Positions 55,136-64,000 of a stretch of DNA of 64,000 nt are shown in pieces. This stretch comes from Deltaproteobacteria bacterium (lineage in GTDB: Bacteria; Myxococcota_A; Polyangia; Polyangiales; Houyiibacteriaceae). Positions within the stretch are counted from its first letter, which is position 1. Each line of letters starts with the position of its first letter. The notes under the pieces are model-generated. The model saw only the letters and a program-made list of their open reading frames with translations, was not told the origin of the DNA and made no database searches. Location of the stretch: contig JAXMNT010000014.1 of NCBI GenBank assembly GCA_034670305.1, positions 64,001 through 128,000 on the forward strand, written 5' to 3'. The position numbers were made by a program, and so were the translations under genes.

Positions 55136-55882
55136 GTGCAGTTGAAAGACCTGAGAGTGATCGTGACCGGCGGTGCGTCGGGCATGGGCCGCCACTTCGC
55201 CGAGCAGCTTCACGCCGCGGGCGCGAAGGTCGCCGTCGGTGACGTGGACGAGGCGAAGCTCGCCACCTTGCCCGAAGGCATCCACCGCGAACGCCTGGAC
55301 GTCTCGAACGAAGACGAGGTCGTGCGTTTCGTGAAGTCGGCGGCCGACGCGATGGGCGGACTCAACGCGCTCATCAACAACGCCGGCATCCTGCGCGACG
55401 GCTTGCTCGTGAAGAAGTCGCGCAAGACCGGCGCGATCGAGAAGATGTCGCGCGCGGATCTGGAGAAGGTCTTCGACGTGAACCTGACCGGCGCGATCTT
55501 GATGGTCCGCGAAGTCGTCGGCCACATGCTCGAACACGACGCCCAGGGTGTGATCGTGAACATCTCTTCGATCGCGCGGCACGGTTCACGCGGTCAGACG
55601 AACTACGTCGCGGCGAAGGCCGCGCTCGCCGCGAACACAGTGACCTGGATGCGCGAGTTCAGCCGCCACGGCATCCGGGTCGGCGCCGTCGCCCCCGGCA
55701 TGGTCGAGACCCCGATGACCGACGGCATGCGGGACGACGCGCGCGATCGCATCGTCGCGTCGATCCCCCTCGGCCGCATCGGCACCCCCGAAGACATCTG
55801 GATGGCTGTGCGTTTCATCTTCGAATGCGACTATTTCACCGGGCGAACCATCGACGTCGACGGTGGCGGTGCGATGGGGTGA
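55136..55882 (+). CDS. SDR oxidoreductase (FabG/PhaB-like ketoacyl-CoA reductase)
   Basis: TGGASGMG, NNAG, NISS, YVAAK; GAGGAG RBS. Confidence 0.9.
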   Translation: MQLKDLRVIVTGGASGMGRHFAEQLHAAGAKVAVGDVDEAKLATLPEGIHRERLDVSNEDEVVRFVKSAADAMGGLNALINNAGILRDGLLVKKSRKTGAIEKMSRADLEKVFDVNLTGAILMVREVVGHMLEHDAQGVIVNISSIARHGSRGQTNYVAAKAALAANTVTWMREFSRHGIRVGAVAPGMVETPMTDGMRDDARDRIVASIPLGRIGTPEDIWMAVRFIFECDYFTGRTIDVDGGGAMG

Positions 55883-56820
55883 CCGAGACTCCTTCCCCAC
55901 GAATCCGCCGGACCGCGGCGACGCCTGAGACATCGCCGGCTTCGAGCCAACCCACCTTGGCCAGCCTGGCCCACCTGACGCGCGGGCTCCCGCCGCTGCA
56001 ACAGATCACGCTCGGCAAGTTCCGGATCGCGTACCGCGCCAACCTCACCGGCCGGGGCGAACCGCTCCTGTTCGTGCACGGGCTCGGCAGCTCGCACCTG
56101 GTGTGGGCACGCGCGCTGCCGCTCCTCGGTCGCCCTTACGTGGCAGTCGACCTCCCCGGCTACGGCGAGAGCGACAAACCACGCTACGGCTACACGCTGC
56201 CGTTCTACATGCGGCGGCTGACGCGCTTGCTCGATGCGCTCTGCATCGAGCAAGCGACGTGGGTCGGTCATTCGATGGGCGCCCAGATCGCGGTGCTCGC
56301 CGCACTGGAAGCGCCCGCCCGAGTGCGCGCGCTGCGGCTCTTCTCCCCGGCCGGCTTCGAGACCTTCGATGCGTCGCAGGCCGACGTGCTGCGCGCGCTG
56401 ACCACCGTCGGCAAGGTGCGGAACGCGCGCCGCGCCCAGGTCGAGAACGCGATGACCATGGGGTTCTTTCGCCGCCCCGCCGAAGCCGATGCGCTCGTCG
56501 CCAGACGGATGGCATTCCAGGGCGCGGAACTCGATGGCTACGCGCACGCGTTCAGTCGATCGGTCCGCGCGATGCTGGAGGCGCCGGTGCTGCACCGCTT
56601 GAGCGAACTCGAGGCGCGAACCCCGACTGTGCCCATGTCGATTCGGCTCGGCGCCGAGGACCAGCTGGTCCCGAGCCGACTCTTCGGTGCCGCTTCGCCC
56701 GCGACACTGCTCGAGTCCATCCGAGACGAGCTCCCCGACGCCGAAGCGGCCTTGGTTCCGGAGGCGGGCCACCTGCTCCCGTTCGAGCGGCCCGAGATCG
56801 TGGCAGAGCTTTTGGCGTGA
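55879..56820 (+). CDS. Alpha/beta hydrolase (possible intracellular PHA depolymerase)
   Basis: HGLG, DLPGYG, GHSMG, GAED, AGHL. Confidence 0.85.
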   Translation: MTETPSPRIRRTAATPETSPASSQPTLASLAHLTRGLPPLQQITLGKFRIAYRANLTGRGEPLLFVHGLGSSHLVWARALPLLGRPYVAVDLPGYGESDKPRYGYTLPFYMRRLTRLLDALCIEQATWVGHSMGAQIAVLAALEAPARVRALRLFSPAGFETFDASQADVLRALTTVGKVRNARRAQVENAMTMGFFRRPAEADALVARRMAFQGAELDGYAHAFSRSVRAMLEAPVLHRLSELEARTPTVPMSIRLGAEDQLVPSRLFGAASPATLLESIRDELPDAEAALVPEAGHLLPFERPEIVAELLA

Positions 56821-56829
56821 CCCGGGTCG

Positions 56830-56866
56830 TGCTGCAACGCACAATAGATTGTTGCGGCGCACAAAT
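56830..56866. promoter_or_regulatory. Tandem PhaR-like boxes upstream of the symporter
   Basis: TGCTGCAACGCACAAT-AG-ATTGTTGCGGCGCACAAAT. Confidence 0.72.
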
Positions 56867-56901
56867 CGACGCGCTACACCCTTTTTCGGAACGGAGACGG
56901 C

Positions 56902-58395
56902 ATGGACAACTCGATCGCATGGGGGGCGTTTGGCCTCTACCTCCTGGTGACCACCGGCCTCGCGGTGCGCGGCATGATGAAGACCACCAGTGGCAGCATC
57001 GAGAGTTTCGCGCTCGGCAACCGCGACATGGGCCCGCTCTTGGTCGGGGTGACGCTCGCCGCCGCGATCGCCAGCACCGCGACCTTCGTCATCAACCCGG
57101 GCTTCGTGTGGAAGGACGGCCTCTCGTCGCTCCTGCACTTCGGGGTGGCCGGCACCCTCGGCGTCGTGGTCGGGCTCGTGCTCTTGAGCCGCGGCTTTCG
57201 CCGGCTCGGTGAGAAGCACCGCGCGCTCACGCTGCCGCACTGGGTCGGCGCACGCTTTGGCAGCCGCGGCATGCGCACCTACTTCGCGGGTTTGAACCTC
57301 GTGCTCGCGATCGCGTTCGTGGTGCTCATCGTGAAGGGCTCCGCGCTCGTGATGTCGAGCACCCTCGGCCTCTCCTACGCGACCAGCGTCTTCGTCGTCA
57401 TCGGCTTCGTCTTCTCGTACATCCTGCTCGGCGGCACCTACGCGCACGCCTACACGAACGCGCTGCAGGGTTCGATCATGCTGGTGGTCGCGCTCGCGCT
57501 CATCGGCAGCGGCGTGCACCTCTTCGCCGACGGCGGGGTCTCCGGTTTCTTCGCCGCGCTCGAAGCGCAGGACCCGGCGCTCGTCGCGATGACGAACCCG
57601 AACAGCCCGGTCGCAGGCAGCTTCTTCGAGGTATTCGTCTGCGGCTTCGTCGTGAGCTTCGGCCTCGTCTGTCAGCCGCACATCTTGATGAAGTCGCTCT
57701 ACCTGCGGAGCGAGAAAGACCTGAACCGCTACCTCGTGGTCGCAGCCCTCGTCGGCGTCGGTTTCGCGCTCGTGCTGCTCGTCGGTTTGTTCGCGCGGGT
57801 CGCCTACCCCGAGCTCGCGGTCGGACCGGAAGCGATCACCCAGGACGCGGTGGTCCCGGTCTACATCCAGCACGCGTTCGGCAGCACCGCCGGCGCGCTC
57901 ATCAGCGTCGCGCTCTTGGCCGCCGGCATGAGCACCATGGACGGCATCCTCGTCTCGGCCTCGACCATCGCCGGCAACGACCTGGTCCTCGGTCTCGTCG
58001 GAAGCCGCGTCGCAGAAGAAGAGCGCCCCGCCCTCGCCCTGCGCGCAAGCCGCGTGCTGCTCGTGCTCATGGGCGTCGTCTCCTTGGTCATCGCGCTCGA
58101 CCCGCCGGCCGTCGTCGGCCTCTTCGCGTTCGCCGGCATCTATGGCCTCGTCGCGGCATCGGTCGCGCCGGTGGTCTTCGGCATCTTCGTCGACCGCACC
58201 CCACCCCGCTGGGCATTCGCCGCGTCGATCGTCGGCCCCGCCGTGCACTTCGTCCTCTACCTCGGCGTCGGCGTGACCAACCCCGCCGTCACCGGCACCT
58301 TCGGCGTCGTCGCCGGCTGCGCCGTCCTCGGCCTCGGCGTCCTCCTGCAACCCCAGCCCCTCACCGAATCCGCCGCGGTCGCCGAAGGCGCCTGA
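56902..58395 (+). CDS. Sodium:solute symporter (PanF-like)
   Basis: About 13 TM; FALGNR, ASTATF..PG, TNALQG, QPHI, AAGMSTMDG. Confidence 0.88.
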   Translation: MDNSIAWGAFGLYLLVTTGLAVRGMMKTTSGSIESFALGNRDMGPLLVGVTLAAAIASTATFVINPGFVWKDGLSSLLHFGVAGTLGVVVGLVLLSRGFRRLGEKHRALTLPHWVGARFGSRGMRTYFAGLNLVLAIAFVVLIVKGSALVMSSTLGLSYATSVFVVIGFVFSYILLGGTYAHAYTNALQGSIMLVVALALIGSGVHLFADGGVSGFFAALEAQDPALVAMTNPNSPVAGSFFEVFVCGFVVSFGLVCQPHILMKSLYLRSEKDLNRYLVVAALVGVGFALVLLVGLFARVAYPELAVGPEAITQDAVVPVYIQHAFGSTAGALISVALLAAGMSTMDGILVSASTIAGNDLVLGLVGSRVAEEERPALALRASRVLLVLMGVVSLVIALDPPAVVGLFAFAGIYGLVAASVAPVVFGIFVDRTPPRWAFAASIVGPAVHFVLYLGVGVTNPAVTGTFGVVAGCAVLGLGVLLQPQPLTESAAVAEGA

Positions 58396-58405
58396 CCCAG
58401 GTCGT

Positions 58406-59389
58406 TCAGCCGAACGGCGAGCGCTGGTAGTTCGGCCCCACCCACACCGGCTGCGCCTGCGCCAAGACGCGCACAGAGAACTCCGCTGCTTCGGCGATGG
58501 TCTCGCCATCCAGCGTGGCGCCGAGCGGCTCGCCGATGACTCGGACCCGCAGCGACCGCACGGCACGGCGCTCTATCTCGGGATGGTCGACGAGCTGACC
58601 GAGCCGGGCCTCGCCCGCGATGCGCGCGAGCGACGCCATCGAGGTCGCGTTCACGACCAACACATCCAAGAGGCCGTCTTCGGCGTCCGCTGTGGTGGCG
58701 AGTTCGAAACCGCCACCCGCGAACCGACCATTCAACACGGTGAGGGCCGCGACCTCGAACCGTTCCTCGGCACCTTCGTCGAACCCGAGTTCGATCACCC
58801 ACTGCGCGTCGGAGGCGGCCTTCGCGCTGCCGACGAGGTACGCGAGCGGGCCGAGCGTCTTCTTCAGCGAACCGTCGATCGCTTCGCCGATGCGGTGCGC
58901 CACCCCGAAGTTGAGCACGTTGATGCCGACCCGTTCGCCGCTTGGGGTCTGCACTGCGATCAAATCCAGCGCATGCGTCCGGTCCGACGACTGACGGCCG
59001 AGGTTCTCGGCCAGCGCGACCAGCGCCTGAACCGCCTCGCCGGTCTCGAGGGGCAGACCCAAGGTCCGGGCGAAGTCGTTGCCGGTCCCGAGCGGAAGCA
59101 CACCGAGCACGCTCGACGAGCCCGTCTCACCCGAGCCCGCGCGCAACCCAGACAGGACGTCGTGCACGCTGCCGTCTCCGCCACCGGCGACCACCACCGG
59201 GACCCCGGCGGCCGAGGCGTCCGCCGCGGCCTGCGTCATCGCGCCGCTGGAGTCTGGGCGCGCGACGTCGAAGTGCGCCTCGAGCGCGGACAGATGGGGC
59301 GCGAGCGTCTCGAACCCGCTGGCGTGATCGTTCAGCAGCACCAGCGGGCGCGATGGGCCCGATCCGGAACTCGAAGAAGCCGAGGTCAA
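58406..59389 (-). CDS. Diacylglycerol/lipid kinase family protein (YegS-like)
   Basis: GGGDGSV, LPLGTGNDFAR, LGPLAY, NGRFAGGG, DGLLDV, LDGE; TTG start overlapping the upstream stop. Confidence 0.88.
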   Translation of the reverse strand: MTSASSSSGSGPSRPLVLLNDHASGFETLAPHLSALEAHFDVARPDSSGAMTQAAADASAAGVPVVVAGGGDGSVHDVLSGLRAGSGETGSSSVLGVLPLGTGNDFARTLGLPLETGEAVQALVALAENLGRQSSDRTHALDLIAVQTPSGERVGINVLNFGVAHRIGEAIDGSLKKTLGPLAYLVGSAKAASDAQWVIELGFDEGAEERFEVAALTVLNGRFAGGGFELATTADAEDGLLDVLVVNATSMASLARIAGEARLGQLVDHPEIERRAVRSLRVRVIGEPLGATLDGETIAEAAEFSVRVLAQAQPVWVGPNYQRSPFG

Positions 59390-61791
59390 CTGGCGGAGAG
59401 GCTCACGTTCAAGGGGATGCTGCCGCCGTCGGTGACCGTGACCATGCGGGTCATCGGTACGAACCCCTCGGCGGAGACTTCCACTTCCCAGGTGCCCGCG
59501 GGCACGCCCATGAAATTGTAGTTGCCGGTGCCGTTCGTGAGCTGGTCGGACACGATGCCGCGGTTGATGCGCACCCGCGCGCCGGAGATGGCCGCACCAC
59601 CCGCCGCGTTGACGACCTGACCGACCACACCCCCTGCGCCCGGGTCGTCGCCGATGCGTACCTGCCGGTGTCCGCCAAGACGGGTGAGGTACCCGCGCGT
59701 GTCGATCGCGACGACGTGCAGGACCCAGAGGCCGTCGGCCAGACCGCTGCGCAAGAGTGTGGTCTGCGTCACGGGCAGGTAGGTGTCGGCCGCGGTCGGC
59801 ACGGTGTCGCCGTAGTGATCGAGCACGTAGTAGAACCCGGTGTAGTTCTCGGGACCGTTGGGCGTCGTCCACGCGAAGAACGCGTCGCGGTTGGCAGACC
59901 ACGCGGTCTCGGACGGATGGCTCGACGAGCTCATGCCGGGCGGCGCAGTGTTCAGCCGGATTCGAAAGCCGGTCTCGACGGTGCCGACCATCGAACTGGG
60001 ATCGACCGACGCGACGTGGAAGTAGTTGTCGCCGGACACGAGCTCGTCGCGGTCGACGCTCACGGTGTCGGTGCTCGCGAACGTGCCGATCGCCGGCGTC
60101 GGCACCCGGTGCTGTTCGTTGCTCAGCAGCCAGTAGTAGCCGAGGCGTCCGGGGAACGCGCGGTCCCAGGCCACCGTGACGAAGGGGAAGTCGTCGTTGT
60201 AGTAGAGGTCCGAATCGGGATGGGTGCTCGAGCTCGGGTCGAGCGGCGGCAGGAGGCCTTGGGTTTCCACTGCACCGGCCAGCGTGCCGGTCACCGACCG
60301 GGACTCGCCGGAGAGGATCTTGATCCGGCCCTGTCCACCGGTGCCCCCGTACGTGCCGGAACTGATGCCGGCGCCAGCCGCGCTCACCGAACCACTGACC
60401 TCCACGATGTTGGCCGCGAGCAAGACGCCGCCCCCCGCGCCGCCTCCGGTGGAGAGCCCGCTCGAGCCCTCTGCGCGAACACCCGGCACACCATCCGCGG
60501 TGATCTGCCCCGACACGTCGATGGTGCCCGTGGCGATCAACCGAAGCCGGCCACCGCCCGGTGAACGAGGCGACGTGCTTCCGCGCACATCGCCGCCCGG
60601 ACCGCCTTGGGCGACGGCGGAGTCTTGGGCGGAGCCGAACGGGCGCCCACCGCTGCTGCACGCGCGTCCACTGCTGCCGATCGGTCCCCGCGTCCCCGCG
60701 GTGCCGTACCCACCCCCGGTGCCGCCGTGGAATCCGCCCGTGCAGAACTGGCCTTGTTCGCCCATGCCGTCCGGCCCGAGCCCGGACGCGCTGACCCCAA
60801 TGGATGCGCCGCTCTCGACCGTGATGCTGCCGGCGCGAATGGTCAGGTCGCCCAGAGAGGAACTGAGCGTGACGCCGCTGCGCACGAGCACGTCCCCGTC
60901 GACGTAGATCTCGCCGTTCAGATCCATGTTGGTCGCGATGTCGAGCCCGTCCAGCGCGCAGGTCCCGTAGGCGCAGAAGGTGCCGCAGGTTTCCGTCGCG
61001 CTCCACGACGCGCCGCCCGCGTCGCAGGTCTCGACCATGTCGCCATTGCAGCGCCGGTCGCCGGGTTCGCACGCGCCGGTGCAGAGCCCGGCCGCGCAGC
61101 CCGTGCCGCAGGTGCGCACGTGCAGCCATGCGGTGCCAGCGCTGTTGCACGCCTCGGACACGCTGCCGTTGCAGCGGTATTCGCTCGGGGTGCAGGTGAC
61201 TTCGGTCACGCACTCCCCCGCCGCGCAATCGATCGCGCAGGCCTCGTCGAAGACGAAGGTGCCGCCACTGCAGACCTCGGCCGTGCTCCCCACGCAGCGG
61301 CGTGCGGTCCCAGTGCAGGTGTCGCCGCCGCCGTCCACACCGCCGCCGTCCACGCCGCCGCCGTCCACGCCGCCGCCGTCCACGCCGCCGCCGTCCACGC
61401 CGCCGCCGTCCACGCCGCCGCCGTCCACGCCGCCGCCGTCCACGCCGCCGCCGTCCACGCCGCCGCCGTCCACGCCGCCGCCGTCCACGCCGCCGCCGTC
61501 CACGCCGCCGCCGTCCACGCCGCCGCCGTCGGTGTCACCCACGCATCCCATGCCGACCTGGCAGGTGAGCTCTCCACCACAGACGGCGTCGACCGGCGTC
61601 CAGTTGCAGAAGCTGTCCACCCCGCAGGTGTCGACCGTGCACTCGAAGCCATCGTCGCAGTGCGCATCGGTCGTGCACGGCTCCCGATCCGGCGGCACGT
61701 CGTCGTCGCCACACGCGATCAGAAGCACGCCGGCCAACAGGGTGGAGGCGACACGGGGAAGACGGGAGAGAAGTGGCAGAAACCGGTTCAT
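59386..61791 (-). CDS. Multi-domain Cys-rich lipoprotein with VDGGG repeats and C-terminal carboxypeptidase-regulatory-like domain
   Basis: LIAC lipobox; Cys repeats; Gly-rich region; two SSSHP repeats; GNYNF..VPAGTWEVEVSAEGF. Confidence 0.8.
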   Translation of the reverse strand: MNRFLPLLSRLPRVASTLLAGVLLIACGDDDVPPDREPCTTDAHCDDGFECTVDTCGVDSFCNWTPVDAVCGGELTCQVGMGCVGDTDGGGVDGGGVDGGGVDGGGVDGGGVDGGGVDGGGVDGGGVDGGGVDGGGVDGGGVDGGGVDGGGVDGGGDTCTGTARRCVGSTAEVCSGGTFVFDEACAIDCAAGECVTEVTCTPSEYRCNGSVSEACNSAGTAWLHVRTCGTGCAAGLCTGACEPGDRRCNGDMVETCDAGGASWSATETCGTFCAYGTCALDGLDIATNMDLNGEIYVDGDVLVRSGVTLSSSLGDLTIRAGSITVESGASIGVSASGLGPDGMGEQGQFCTGGFHGGTGGGYGTAGTRGPIGSSGRACSSGGRPFGSAQDSAVAQGGPGGDVRGSTSPRSPGGGRLRLIATGTIDVSGQITADGVPGVRAEGSSGLSTGGGAGGGVLLAANIVEVSGSVSAAGAGISSGTYGGTGGQGRIKILSGESRSVTGTLAGAVETQGLLPPLDPSSSTHPDSDLYYNDDFPFVTVAWDRAFPGRLGYYWLLSNEQHRVPTPAIGTFASTDTVSVDRDELVSGDNYFHVASVDPSSMVGTVETGFRIRLNTAPPGMSSSSHPSETAWSANRDAFFAWTTPNGPENYTGFYYVLDHYGDTVPTAADTYLPVTQTTLLRSGLADGLWVLHVVAIDTRGYLTRLGGHRQVRIGDDPGAGGVVGQVVNAAGGAAISGARVRINRGIVSDQLTNGTGNYNFMGVPAGTWEVEVSAEGFVPMTRMVTVTDGGSIPLNVSLSAS
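61323..61531. repeat. 15-bp tandem repeat x~14 (VDGGG)
   Basis: CACGCCGCCGCCGTC repeated almost perfectly. Confidence 0.95.
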
Positions 61792-61948
61792 GGATGGGTC
61801 CTCGGGGCGGGGCGCGGGTCCGAGAAGGGACCCCGACGTGGCGTCATACGACCGCAGCCGCGTCTTCATACCCTGGGCGGAGTCGGCGGGGTAGAGGCGG
61901 CAGCGGCAGCGACAGAACCAGCGACAGCTTCAACGGCAGCGCGGCTTC

Positions 61949-62803
61949 TTACTCGAGCAGCACGCAGCGGAGCGGGCTCGAGGATTCCTGCAACAGATCG
62001 CGGACCATCTCGGTCACCCGGAAGGCTTTGTCCGGGGGGAAGTGGGTGCGGTCGTCCGGCATCGCGTAGAGGCGCAGCGTCTCCTCTTCGCCGAGCGCCG
62101 TGAAGGTCTCGTAGCTGCGTTGTTCGAGGTCCAGCAAGGTCAGGTCGTGGTCGCTGGCGACCCGCCGCACCGCATGGGCGTAGTCGCCGTGGGTGCGCGA
62201 GATCTCGTCGCCAGAGAAGACCATGCGGCTGACCGGCGTCATGAGGATGGGCGTCGCGCCGGCGGCTTCGATCTCCGAGATGTAGGTCTCCAGATAGTCG
62301 CGAAAGGTCCCGAGAAACTCTGGTGCGTCGCCGGGCTCGGTGCGGCGGTAGGCCTCCGGCTTCGAATCGTTGTGCCCGAACTGGATGAGGACATAGTCGC
62401 CGGGCACGAGCGCGCTCCGAACCGCGTCGAACGCGCCTTCGTCGTAGAAGGACTTGCTGCTGCGGCCCGAGCGGGCGGCGTTGGTGACCGAGACCGCCGC
62501 ATCGACGTAGTCCTCGAGGAAGTCCCCCCACCCCGATCCACTGGCCACGGTCGAGTCGCCGATCAGGTGGACCGAGGGCGCTTCGACCGCTTCGCACTCG
62601 TCCACCGCCGCGTCCTCTCCCGCATCGTCGCCGCCCGAGTCCGGCGCGCCCGCATCCCCAGCCGCCGCATCGTCGGCGCCCGCGTCCTGCGCATCCACGA
62701 CCGAACCATCGCGCGCCACCGCATCCACCGACGCGTCCGCAGCCTCGCCGCCATCGCCGCATCCGATCGCCATCACCAGAACGAAACCTAGCCAAGTCTT
62801 CAC
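61949..62803 (-). CDS. Rhamnogalacturonan acetylesterase-like SGNH lipoprotein
   Basis: IGDSTV, GWG, NAARSGRSSKSF, IQFGHND, DRTH; lipobox AIGC; GTG start estimated. Confidence 0.87.
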   Translation of the reverse strand: MKTWLGFVLVMAIGCGDGGEAADASVDAVARDGSVVDAQDAGADDAAAGDAGAPDSGGDDAGEDAAVDECEAVEAPSVHLIGDSTVASGSGWGDFLEDYVDAAVSVTNAARSGRSSKSFYDEGAFDAVRSALVPGDYVLIQFGHNDSKPEAYRRTEPGDAPEFLGTFRDYLETYISEIEAAGATPILMTPVSRMVFSGDEISRTHGDYAHAVRRVASDHDLTLLDLEQRSYETFTALGEEETLRLYAMPDDRTHFPPDKAFRVTEMVRDLLQESSSPLRCVLLE

Positions 62804-62918
62804 GCCCAACGCCTTCCAGGTTCGAGTACAGGCGCAGCTTCTCACAGCTTCGACGGCGCCTCCGCCGAATCGGCAACCGGCTCGCGTGGGCTGCGCCGCT
62901 CTGCTAGGCGGTGCGGCC

Positions 62919-63422
62919 ATGAGCCAGACCATCAGCGACAAAAAGGTCGTCACGATCGACTACGTCCTCCGCAACGCCGCCGGCGAGGAACTCGACAAGT
63001 CGGATCCGGACGCCCCGATGCTCTACCTCCACGGTGGGCACAACATCGTCCCCGGCCTCGAGCGCCAGCTCGTGGGCAAGACCATTGGCGACGAAGTCGT
63101 TGCGGTGGTCCCTCCGGCCGAGGGCTACGGCGAACCCGACCCGCGCCTCAAGCCGATGCGCGTGCCGAAGTCGTCCTTCCCGAAGGACGCCGCCCTCCGC
63201 AAGGGCATGCAGTTCATGACCAAGACCGAGCAGGGCATGGTCCCGCTCTGGGTGATCAAGGTGCAGGGCCCGACGGTCATCGTCAGCGGCGAACACCCCC
63301 TCACCGGCGTCGAGCTCCACTTCACCGTGAAGGTCATCGACATTCGCGACGCCACCGAAGTCGAGCTCGCCCACGGGCACGTCCACGGCCCCGGCGGCCA
63401 CCACCACGGCGAAGAAGAGTAG
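62919..63422 (+). CDS. slyD: FKBP-type peptidyl-prolyl isomerase SlyD
   Basis: YLHGGHNIVPGLE, PAEGYG, HPLTG..LHF.V, RDATEVELAHGHVHGPGGHHH. Confidence 0.93.
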   Translation: MSQTISDKKVVTIDYVLRNAAGEELDKSDPDAPMLYLHGGHNIVPGLERQLVGKTIGDEVVAVVPPAEGYGEPDPRLKPMRVPKSSFPKDAALRKGMQFMTKTEQGMVPLWVIKVQGPTVIVSGEHPLTGVELHFTVKVIDIRDATEVELAHGHVHGPGGHHHGEEE

Positions 63423-63852
63423 CGAGCACGTGCAGGTGCCCAGGTGGGGAGGAGGCCGAAGGCCGGAGGGGGAATCCTTCCCCCTCAGAAAAGACGGGCG
63501 CGACTTAGGGCCGCCAGTCTCGCGAAGCGGGCCAGGCCTCGAACAGCGCCAAAGGTCAGGCGGCTCAGAGTCGTGCACCTGCGCAGGCCGTAGGCCGAGC
63601 AACTGGTGCACTCCCCAAGTGATCACAGAGCGCCGAACCGACCCGGTGCAGCCGAGCGAAGCGAGCCAGCCGTGTCACCGGGACGGGGTTTGGGGGCCGT
63701 GCCCCCAAGCAAAAGGAGCGCCTGGACGCGCGCAGCCGCCAATCACATCAAGCGGTTCTCCAATGGACCCATCGAATGGCGGCGAGCACGTGCAGGCAGC
63801 GACGGGCGCGACTTAGGGCCGCCAGTCCCGCGAAGCGGGCCAGGCCCGTAGT
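63423..63852 (-). repeat. Modular REP/BIME-like mosaic (minus strand order A-B-D-C-A'-F)
   Basis: Reverse complement contains the same modules as 19284-19664 in a different order. Confidence 0.9.
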
Positions 63853-63862
63853 GCAGAAGAAA

Positions 63863-64000
63863 TCAGAGATCGAGCGCGCGCAGGCGGGCGTACCAGTCTT
63901 GGTGCAGCTCGACCTCTTCGGCTTCGAGCGAGACGATCGCGCGGGTCGCCGCGTCGACGGTTCGCACGCCTTCCGCGACGCTCTGACCGAGCTGCCGGCG
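63863..64000 (-). CDS. 3' end of a CDS running off the window
   Basis: Open frame ...EAEEVELHQDWYARLRALDL-stop; no function assignable. Confidence 0.5.
   Translation of the reverse strand, partial: RRQLGQSVAEGVRTVDAATRAIVSLEAEEVELHQDWYARLRALDL

Noticed and set aside
46210-61869. Long ORF-track extensions suggesting fusions (e.g. 46210-48579, 51841-54033, 52959-54782, 58406-61228)
   Set aside because: The upstream parts are off-frame overlaps of real neighbouring genes; coupled internal starts explain them.
1-64000. tRNA/rRNA genes, prophage, retron or DGR
   Set aside because: No cloverleaf or rRNA signature, phage gene or reverse transcriptase motif was recognised; small structured RNAs cannot be excluded by eye.

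Overview
High-GC, gene-dense bacterial DNA that is very probably from a myxobacterium (Polyangiales/Sandaracinaceae-like). This rests on a MYXO-CTERM-type sorting tail, many Cys-rich lipoproteins with D(A/G/S)G linkers, a TIGR04551-like barrel and a Ser/Thr kinase-receiver hybrid. About 55 CDS can be supported; no rRNA, tRNA or CRISPR array was seen. Main loci: (1) an SGNH / ferritin-like-SxtJ-like fusion / O-carbamoyltransferase / SxtK-like operon at the left edge; (2) a REP-associated (Y1/HUH) tyrosine transposase between ~210-bp inverted repeats, plus a shuffled modular palindromic repeat family and a CTAG-bounded MITE-like element; (3) two tandem paralogous Pro/Glu-rich lipoproteins with regularly spaced Asn motifs directly upstream of a ferritin-like di-iron enzyme (candidate protein-modification system); (4) a ~12-kb divergent polyhydroxyalkanoate locus with PhaR-like boxes, in which PhaE/acyl-CoA ligase/PhaC lie in one apparent operon with two paralogous lipoproteins, a lipoprotein hydrolase and an outer-membrane barrel, and the other arm has phaR, a phasin-like gene, an SDR, a hydrolase and a Na+/solute symporter; (5) signalling genes, a 1889-aa TSP3-repeat surface protein, dapF, an L,D-transpeptidase, an N-terminally truncated MurE paralog, an iodotyrosine-deiodinase-like flavoprotein and slyD. 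All product calls come from motif recognition by eye; no database searches were run, and several start codons are estimates.
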